Shown here piece after piece: positions 1-10,244 of a stretch of DNA of 64,000 bases (position 1 is its first letter; every line of letters begins with the position of its first letter). Origin of the DNA: Phallusia mammillata (lineage: Eukaryota). Under the pieces are notes generated by a model. It was not told where the DNA came from. It saw only the letters and a program-made list of their open reading frames with translations, and ran no database searches. The stretch spans positions 22,320,001-22,384,000 of the forward strand of contig OZ281497.1 in NCBI GenBank assembly GCA_965637545.1, written 5' to 3'. The position numbers were made by a program, and so were the translations under genes.

Positions 1-175
1 ATGATACCACCAGGCATACTTCTGTACCATTTACTTATGTAATAGTGTTAAACAAGTATTTATTTGGTAAGAGCATTACGTTTTGGAACCCATCACTTTA
101 TTTAGGTTTATATAAGTTGACAACATTTACAGTTTTGCTGAGACAAATAAAACCTTCCTTTTGTTTTGTGTAAAG

Positions 176-3100
176 GTGGAATCCTATGACTCAGCAAGAA
201 CTGACGATGAAGATTCATTACTCGGCACTCCTTGTATGAGGGATCTTATACACTTGGCTGGTGTGACATTGGGCAAACGTAGAGCGGCCAGAAGAACAAA
301 CATCATGAAGGAAAAGAAACATGTCAAGGTAAATCATCCCATCGAAAAACAATATCAATTAAAATTTGGTGCCAGGTCTAAGTTGCTATTGATAATAAAA
401 ATTGAATAAAATGGTGCTACAGATGTTATTAGATACTTAGGTATAGGATAGAGTGGATAGCAGATTGAGGTTAGCAATAATTTGAACATAAGTTACTTTG
501 CACAGGCCTCGTCTACAAAGGCTACAACCACTCATTTGGTGGCCGAAATTATGGAGCAATTTTTTCAAGGAACCGTGGATGCTTCTACTGGAAGCAAAAT
601 TAGAAGACGAAGGTGTGTAAAAAATAAGATCCAACATCTGTAAATGCTTGGTTATGAAGAGAAATCCGTTATGTCGTTCGATGGATGTGACATCATACCC
701 ACGGGCGCAACTACTGTTTTCAACCCTACTGATAATCTGATTTTTGTAGCTCCCTATGCTTCATCAATAGCACTGACACTCGCAACATTTCATATGTTAA
801 ATTATGTTCTTTTTTATGCGTGTCTGTTGCCATTTGGCACTGTAACAAAAATGCAACGCTTTAAGCTCAGCTTTGGGCATTTCAAGGTAAAATCTATGGC
901 CTAGTCGAATCTGTTTATGTTTGCAGGTGCGGCGTTTGTGAAGCCTGCCTTCGGCCAGAATGTGGAAAATGCCCTGCATGTCGTGACATGGTGAAGTTTG
1001 GTGGAAAAGGAACAGCCAAGCAAACCTGCGTACAGCGGAAATGTCCGAACCTTGGCATCGAACTGGACGACGAACCGGAACCTGAACCGGAAATAGATGA
1101 CGTCGCGGTCCCGGAAAAACCCAAGCAGTCGCCTCACAAAGCAGTAAAAGCAAAGAAGAGCATCAAAGCCAAAGCCAGGTGGAATGGCGAATCGGTTTTG
1201 TCAAATAAAACATGCTCGTTTTATGCCTCGGTGCAGTTGGGCGAGAACTCCTATGATGTTGGAGACTGTGTATCAGTGCTTAGCGACACTCCAGAGAAGC
1301 AACCGTTTATCGGACGCATTGTTTACCTATTTGAAGAAGAGAGCAGTGGAGAGAAAATGGTTCACCTTGATTGGTTCCTCCGTGCCACTGAGTCAATCCT
1401 CCAAGAGGTGGCAGATCCTGGAGAACTACTTCTTGTTGACGATTGTGAAAATGTAGGAGTGGAGTGCATACATGGGAGGGTGGAAGTCTTTCACCGTTCC
1501 CCTCATCCAGATTGGTTTGCGATTGGAGGAGTAGCTGATGATCGCAAGTTTCCAAAATGCGACGGTGTGTCAAGTTTCTTTTACCAGAAGTGGTACGACA
1601 GCACTTGTGCTCGCTTTTTAGACCCTCCTGTAATGCAGATCCCAGATGATGTGGACTATTGTCCTGCCTGCGATCGCCACAACGCTAAAATCCGCGAAGC
1701 AAATCCAGTGGCAAGAGATGAGCTCCGCTCCGAAGACACCAAGGTTTACTATGGCAAGGCCACCAAAGACGGTGTGGAGTATTGCATTGGAGATTGTGCG
1801 TATCTGCCGGTAGAGGCTTTTTCGTTCAGCAACAAGTTGAAGACGCCACAGAAAAAGCAACTTCCAAAGACGATAGACGAGATTGATGAAGATGAATATC
1901 CTGAATATTACAGAAAGGGTAGTTATGTCAAAGGGAGCAACGAAACAGTAGCAAAGCCATTTCGAATTGCCAGGATCACTTCAATATTCTGCAACAACGT
2001 GAAAAAATCGGGGGCCAAGATAAACATGACTGTCACCAAATTTTATAGACCTGAAAACACGCACAAAAGTGTCAAGTCAACTTACTTTTGTGATCTGAAC
2101 CTGTTGTATTGGACGGATGAAGAAGTAACCCTGGATTTTGACTTGGTGGAAGGTAAATGCCGTGTTGAATGTGAATACGATCTTACAGTTCCTCCAGCCG
2201 AGTATTCACGCAACGGCGCCGATCGTTTTTACTTCAGCCAGGCTTATAACGCCAAAGAAAAGGAGTTTTATGACCCTCCAATGCAGTCCAGGCGCACTGG
2301 TGTGAAACAGATGATTCAAGATGCACGCCGCTCTCAAACCAAAATGACCAAACTCACTAAGGTAAAACTGACCAAAGCAGGCGTCAAAAAGGATGTGGAG
2401 ATGATAGAAGAACCAGAGCAACCGTTTGGGAAGCTCCGTTGCTTGGATGTATTTTCTGGTTGCGGTGGTTTGTCTGAAGGTTTTCACCAGGCCGGGATTA
2501 CTAATCCTGCCTATGCTATTGAGTTGTGGGAGCCAGCCGCTCAAGCCTATCGCCTAAACAACCCTGGAGCTACTGTTTTTACAGAAGACTGCAATGTGCT
2601 TTTAGAGATGGTAATGACCGGACAGGAAAAGAGCAGTTGCGGACAAAGGCTGCCACAAAAGGGGGATGTTGATCTCTTGTGTGGAGGACCGCCTTGCCAG
2701 GGTTTTAGTGGCATGAATCGCTTTAACTCGCGCGAGTATTCTCGATTCAAAAACTCACTAGTGGTCTCTTACCTATCCTACTGCGACTACTACAGGCCTC
2801 GTTTCTTTCTGCTGGAAAACGTACGTAACTTTGTCTCGTACAAGAACTGTATGGTGCTGAAACTAGCCCTAGCTTCCCTGCTACGTATGGGCTACCAATG
2901 CACGTTCGGTATTTTACAGGCAGGGCACTACGGTGTTGCACAGACCCGTCGCCGTGCAATTATTCTTGCCGCAGCCCCTGGCGAGCAGTTACCGCTCTAC
3001 CCAGAACCCCTTCACACTTTCTCAACCCGCGGAGGTAGCTTGTCGGCCCAAATTGGCGACCAGCGCTACTCGAGCAACATCAAGCGTCTTACATCGGCGC

Positions 3101-3855
3101 CTTTCCGTACAATAACAGTCCGAGACACGATGTCGGATTTGCCGGAAATTCCTAACGGCCACGCAAAGCTCGAGATATCCTATCGAGGGGAAAGCGAAAG
3201 TCAGTTTCAACGCATGATACGCGCTGGAGGTTACCAGGCGGTTCTGCGCGACCACATCTGTAAAGAAATGAGCCCATTGGTCGCAGCTCGTATGGGTCTC
3301 ATTCCACGCCTTCCTGGTTCCGATTGGCGCGATTTACCAAACAAAGTCGTCAAGCTATCTGACGGTTCCATGACGAAACTCCTACGTTACGACTACAAGG
3401 ATAAGAAGCAAGGTAAAAGCTCTACGGGGGCGCTACGTGGCGTTTGCTCATGCGCTGAGGGAAAATCATGTGACCCGTTGGATCGCCAGTTTAACACCTT
3501 AATCCCGTGGTGTTTACCCCATACTGGAAATCGCCACAACCACTGGGCAGGACTGTACGGACGTCTTGGGTGGGACGGCTTCTTCAGCACCACTGTAACT
3601 AACCCTGAACCTATGGGCAAGCAAGGGAGGGTTCTGCATCCTGAACAGAACCGCGTGGTTAGCGTAAGGGAGTGCGCCCGTTCTCAAGGCTTTCCCGATT
3701 CTTACCGCTTCTTCGGCACTATTTTGGATAAGCACAGGGAAGTTGGAAATGCTGTTCCGCCACCGATGGCTAAAGCTATTGGTCTTGAGATAAAGAAGTG
3801 TCTTCAGTGGAAAGCATCAAGGAAAATAAAATCCGAAGAATTGCCTCAAAACTAA
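176..3855 (+). CDS. DNMT1: DNA (cytosine-5)-methyltransferase 1, 5'-partial. Exons 176-328, 506-612, 927-3855
   Basis: Spliced translation gives [22 protein letters not shown], a CXXC finger ([35 protein letters not shown]), two BAH domains and intact MTase motifs: I (LDVFSGCGG), IV (GGPPCQGFS), VI (LLENVRNF), VIII (QTRRR), IX ([14 protein letters not shown]) and X (GNAVPPP). GT-AG junctions keep the frame. Confidence 0.97.
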
Positions 3856-4802
3856 ACCCATAAGTGTACATATTAAGCAAAGCTACTTTGGGTTTGGGAC
3901 ACAAAGATGTATGTTGCGCTTAAATTGGTTGTGTCTTGATGAATTTGATCTTACTGTACACATCTACAGTGGTTTTGTATTTAAGTATAAAGAGGCCCAA
4001 AGTGTAGTATGTACTGGTCTATTGGTGTGCATTAAAGCAACATCTCCTACTCTTCCTTTGCACATTAAAATTTTCTCAGCTAAACACTGCCACTACAGTA
4101 TGTTGTTACAATGCTATAAATTATGTTTTGACAATGTGCATTGTTTTAAAAATGCATCCATAGCGTTCTTATTACATTTTTTGTCACCAGAAACATATTT
4201 TTGTAAAGTTATTGACTAATGCTGCACTACAGTTTGTTTGCCTTATTCACTTGTTGTGTTGTTGCTTGGTATATTATTTCATGTTCCGTTGTGTTATATG
4301 GGTGTTACTGTACAATCTAAAATTGATACAACTCTCCCAAGAACTTGTGAACTTGTATTTGCTCAAGTAGATGAAAATAAAACACATTTTCTGTGCTATT
4401 TAACAGTTTGGATAATAATTATCTGACAAAATTTGTCTTTGCTGTATAAATGTTACAAATCCAATTGGTCGTTTTTGTTTAATTTACTGGTTTCTGACCT
4501 TCCTTTTTTCAAAAATAATCAATTAAACTAAATTACGAAGTGTGATTGTTTATTGTACTGTAGGCACATCTAAGCCTCATCTGCTGTTTATACACAAATG
4601 AATGAAGTTTCACACACAATTAAATTATCCACATCATTGCTTTACTCTACGAGAAAGCATTTGGCATAGTTGGGCGCAATACAAGCAATTACAAAAAGGC
4701 ATGATAACATTTCAAGCAACAAGTCCACACATACAGCCAAAAAGGTGGTTTTAAAAATGTGATTGCATAATCTACAAATTAGAAATGCAGGGACAGAAAG
4801 CT

Positions 4803-7238
4803 TCAGGGATTCATCATATATGTTTTCCACTGTTTATCATTTCTGCTATATGAAACATAACAAACATTTGATTTACCAAACTTGTCAGCTAACACACTGG
4901 CAAATTGTAGAAGCGACGTTCTGGCTGTTTTGTCAACAGCCAATCCCGAAATATAACTGTAGTTCAAAGCACGTTTCAACACACCAGTTTTTATGTGAAG
5001 ACTTTCAGCCTCACACTCAAGACATGTGTAGTCATGTAGCAATGAGTCATCATTTCGAAGGGTAAAAATTACAGATTTAGGTGAACCAAAAATGATTTTT
5101 TCTGAGGGAATTGACAGTGGTTGGATATCTGAAACTCCAGTAAAGGTTCTAAAAATTGCACGATCAGCTTCAAACCAATCACTTGCAACGCGATTTCCTT
5201 CTAAATCAACTTTCTCTGTAAAGCCTGTTATGTTTGTGTTAGTTGTTGGATGAACTGTTGTGTGCCAAAGAAATCCCTTCTCAAAGCTACCATCCAAAGA
5301 GTAAAGGATCCTATTGCCACAAGGAAACCTGTTTGACTCCGGAGTCAATGCTGAAAATCCAAAGCAGTGCTCAGACACTTCAACACCTTAAAACAACATT
5401 TTGTTAAATACAAGTTGTTTTTGTTTATGTCCATAAAACATGCATTTGAGTAGATTACTAACTTGGATAGACCACATTGTTGACGCTGATGGGGCACTCT
5501 TCAAATGGAGGTATGAATGATGAAAGTTCTACCATGTTTCTCAGTTTACCAGGTTTATTCTCCATTGTTGGTTTACATGCTTCATCTGAATCCTGTTCAG
5601 CATTTAGTTCAATGAAATCAATGCTGTTCTTTTCCAAATAATCAACCACTGTCACATTTGAAAGATTTTAGTCCTAAGTTTTAAAGTTGATGCAAATATT
5701 TCTTATTACCATCATTAGCTGACCAGCGTTTGCTTGGGTCTATATCCCAACACGATTTCATGACATGATACAAAGTTTCGAACATAGACTGCATCACTTC
5801 TGATAACATTTGTTGCCTTATTTCCTTAAGTCCTTTTTGTGGCTTTGTTCCATTGTTTTTCATTGCAAACAAGAGCCCATCAGGAACTTCATATTCTGAA
5901 AATGGGATTGTCTTTGTGATGACCTCATACACCACAATAGCGAAACTGTATGTCAAAAACAAGTTATCAGGTAATGTTTTTAGACGTACAAGAAAATACT
6001 TATACCTGTACATATCAGCAAGAATCCTGATGTTTTCCGTTTCTGGAGCTGCATACCTGACTGTATATTGGCGACTTGAAGGAACTTCAGATGTGCTTGT
6101 ACTAAGACCAGTTTGACGAATAATATTGGCTGCACCGAAATCAGCTAATTTTACCACTAAATCATGGGTGACAATTATGTTTTCGGGTTTAATATCCCCA
6201 TGGCGAAGCCCACGTCCTGGCTGGTAGTTGTGTAGATACTTCAAAGCCAAAGCCAGCTGGTAAACCACTTTTATGCGATTATCCCAAGGTATTTCAAAAT
6301 CATTAGTGTGCAAGCAGCATTTCAGAGTCTTTCCTTCTACATATTCCATTATAATAGCCACATTGGTTCCCCATTTTGTCAAGCCCAACACCTCTACCAC
6401 ATTTTTATGTTTGACACGGACCAACGAGTTTATCTCTGTCAGAAAGCTACAAAAAAAATAAACAAGTTTTCTATTTGTTAATGGAGTGCAAAAGTTACAT
6501 CTTTTGTGATCCTATACCCGACAAAACAATTTTTCATGTTGAAACAAGTAAAACACAATACATACAGCTACATGTTCAATGACAAGAAGGGTATGATAGA
6601 AATTTCGCGTAAATATCCATTTAACTTGGAATCAAACTCATCTCCTCCAAAGCATAAGCTAAAACATTTTGCAGCAACAACTTGATTGCGTCCTTTGATC
6701 AGGCATTTTCTTACTGCAGCATAATTTCCTTTGCCAATAAAATATTTATCCCGATAAGAGCTGGTCACCAAGTTACTTGCTTCATACACCTTTGCTCTTT
6801 GTGAAACACCAGAAACATCAACCTTTGGTGTGAAAACAAAAGCAAAAAAAATTACCAAACACCCACGTAAACCCAGCCAACAATTGCAATTACTCTATAA
6901 AACTAAAAAGATATAATACTGAAATTTTGACACGTTAGTTTCTGATTTTAAAGTGTTTTAGCGCATAACCAAATAAACATCTTTTTATCATTTTCTGAAT
7001 TATTACAAAACTATTTTTGTATTTTTTTCATTTTGTAACAAAATTTTGTTTAGATATAATTGACACCACACTGTTTTATGGAGAGTCACACCTTCACCTT
7101 TTTACAGTCTATGGTGTAAAACGTTGAATATAGGCTATATATATATAAAAGCAAGTATACGTGCTTTATGCAATAGGTTTTGTGTAACTAAAACTTCTGA
7201 TATGGTTTTAAACAATAATGACTTACCTCCATTTTCAT
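4803..7238 (-). CDS. TKL (RIPK/IRAK-like) kinase type A, copy A1 (divergent). Exons about 7238-7227, 6822-~6620, 6446-6006, 5945-5710, 5648-5463, 5386-4803
   Basis: Motifs IGKGNYA, VAAK, FLTE, HGDIKPEN, DFG, YAAPE, DMYSFA, CW..DPSKRW, followed by a linker exon and a ~190-aa C-terminal exon. Splice sites match paralogs except the exon-2 donor, which is uncertain. Confidence 0.8.
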
Positions 7239-7800
7239 TGTGTCCTTGCAACTAGGAATGGTTGACATTTTAAATGTCGAAATGCAGTTTTTTTGAAACA
7301 AAACTCTGATAGAATGTAACTCACTGCCAGTTTACCAAATTAAAAGCCCAACTTAACTTAATGTAATTTAGTAGTGAAACATTTCTGACTTCTGTCCTCA
7401 AACGTAACAATATGAACATGAAGCTGTTGAGATGAGAGACTGAGAGTGAGACTAGTCACTGGAGCATTTGGATTTCGCGCCATTGAACAAAACAAACACA
7501 TCGACTCACGGTGTTTACTGAGCCATGACTTTACCGTGAGCAATTTTTTTCCAATGTGTAAGTTTTTTTTCCACATCTACCTAAATATGTTGCCTTCTAA
7601 GCTGGAACAACCTATTAGCCCTGTTTGATGTTTTTGTTCTCCTTTTAAAGTTTAAAGATTTTGAGACTTTCTTGGTCTCTTCGGCGTTTAGTTTAGTTGA
7701 ACATCTAATTCTTTTTACTGAAAAAAACATCATAAAAATGTTTTGTGTTTTTATTTGAAAATTTTTAATAAAACAATAGTCACAATGCACATTGAACTAC

Positions 7801-10050
7801 TTAAATTTGGCGGCTCTCCTTGTAAGGGTAAAGAAATTCATCCAATCCCACTCGATCTGCTACCCGACTGGCATCAGGAATCTTAATTGAGCTTACAACA
7901 CTAGTATCCATTTTGTCACCCAGTTCCTTCTCAATTATTTGACTAAGTCTTTTCTCCACTAAAAATACATCAGTTTTCAGAATCGTATGTTAATGAGAAC
8001 CCGATCCTAATCTTGGCCACTATGTCAAATTTTATTTGCATTCAATTGTGATTGTTGAACTTTTTCATAAAATAGTAAAGATACCAAAAACTTTGGACAC
8101 CAAGTCAAGTGTGAAATCAAGCATGAACACCAAACTAAACAAAAGAATATACCTTCAATAATTTTTGGTCGATCAGTTGGATTTTGTGACCAGCAGGATA
8201 CAATCAGAGGTTTCACAGGATCATCATTGCTAATGTGTTCCATGTTAGGTCGTTGCCCATTCATAATGGCAACAAGCAACTCCTGCTCGTTCATACCACG
8301 AAAGTCATTATACGCCAATTTTGCTGTTAAAATTTCATATGCCACTACAGCAAAACTGCAAAAAGTGAAATTTTCAGTCCATTAAACATTAAGATAATCA
8401 ATTTTTACTTCACATTCTTATGATTTGGAAACTAAACAGGCAGAATCAATTGTATTTTGTTACGTAAAAAACTCAACACAAAGAACAAAATATAGTTAAC
8501 TTATCAAAAAAATCCACCTGTACACATCCCTTTCATGGTCTTTGTATCCTTCTCCGCTCAAAATCTCTGGTGCAGCATATAAAAGAGTGTGGACCGTGGA
8601 TGTGTCCAATGTTAAACTCGATGACTGGCACCCAGTTGCTGCTCTGACATTTGCAGCCCCAAAATCAGCAAGCTTCAAGGCAAATTGTGGGGTAATTAAA
8701 ACATTACTCGATTTTATATCACCATGATTAATCTTTTTCTGAGAATCAACTGTGTGCAAATGTTTAATGGCTGCAGATAGTTGATGTATTAACTTCAAGC
8801 CAATACTTCTTGAATAATCGATTTTGTCTCTGATTATTTTTTCCAAGTTTATTCCACCAACATATTCAAGTATAAGTCCAACATTGCTGTTCCATTTGGT
8901 AACACCATAAACCTCCACAATGTTGGGGTGGTTTAGCCGTGGTATAACATTTGCTTCTGCTTTAAACCTTTGAAGAAAGTATAAAGACACCATTTTAATT
9001 TGGAGTCAACCTGCATTAAAAAAAGATTTAAGTTCTGCATTAGTTTTAGTTGTAATTTTCAGCTCAATGCTGGTCTCATAAACAATACAGTCTTTGGTTG
9101 TTCGTGTCCCACATTATTGCTAGTGACCATTTGTCCATTTGCATAAAAATAAAATAATGCAAACTTTATTTACTTATAAGCTACAAAAGGTACAGTAATA
9201 CAACTATAGAAATTTACTAACTACTGGACATACTTTTGAGGCAATCCAGTTCTTTTCAACAGGGCTTAGACTAGTTAGCTTTCAAAACATAAAAGTTCAC
9301 TAAATACCCTTGATTTAAAGGTATGCCAAATTTGTTTTGTTGATTGTCTTGTGCTAAAAAGATCACCAAGACAACAGTAAAAACAAAAACCACTTCCAAG
9401 TCAATGTCTCTGACATACAAATTGACCAAGCACTTGTTTTCATGCTTGGACCTTGTACGGTAATTTGCTTCCTGTTTGAATAGCCCCAGCAGGGCAATAT
9501 CACCCACTTTAGGAAATGGTTTAGTCTATGGTTGAGTAATCTGCACAAGATGGGGACTTTTAAAATTATTTCCAGACCAACATTTTAACCCAAAAACATC
9601 TGGTAACTTTAAGTTTTGAACAAGAGCAAGACACACAACACATAGACAGAGGTTTTGAATTTTTTTTAAAAACTCCATAAATTTATTCACTTTAATATGC
9701 ATTTCCAAATGCTGCAACCTGAAATTAACTTACGATTTCCAGCTAGACATCATTTCTTCAGGAGTGCCAATCAGTGGAATACACTTAACAGCAACTTCTC
9801 CCAACCTGTCGTGGAAGCAGCGACGTACAGCACCAAAACTCCCAGACCCAATGTAATCCATTTTATTATGACTGGTTTTCAAATCGTTTGCTGGCAACTC
9901 AGGCAAATCATGTGGCAACTGGCTCATCTATAAATCAATATAAATTATAAATCAACATAAATTAACTATTATGCGGTGTAGTTTATTTCAAACCGAGCAA
10001 CTTATTCTTACCAAGCACCTTTCCAAAACTTCTGGTTGAACCGACGCCAT
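7801..10050 (-). CDS. TKL kinase type B, copy B1 (divergent, kinase plus short tail). Exons 10050-10012, 9927-9734, 8967-8518, 8355-8153, 7958-7801
   Basis: Motifs IGSGSFGAV, VAVK, FKAE, HGDIKSSN, DFG, YAAPE, DVYSFA, CWSQNPTDRP; tail RVGLDEFLYPYK then stop. Canonical splice sites keep the frame. Confidence 0.85.
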
Positions 10051-10244
10051 TTTCAATGCTGTGTAGTGCTTCACTGCTTGAGTGCTTGCCTACTGCTAGG
10101 TCTGGCGTTTTGTAAACAAGGTTTAGCTCCCACCTCTCAGTTAACTTTTCCGCCTCAAGAAATGTTCAACAATGCGTTAAATGTATGCACACAAATTCTG
10201 TGCAAACTGCAGACTTGGTTAAAAAACTTCTACATTAATTTAAC

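Noticed and set aside
927-3855. Apparent CpG enrichment in the DNMT1 catalytic half
   Set aside because: Spot counts were also high near 1021-1200, so there is no clean gradient; amino-acid composition may explain it.
3911-4802. Short ORFs between DNMT1 and A1
   Set aside because: AT-rich convergent 3' UTR region with no coding signal.
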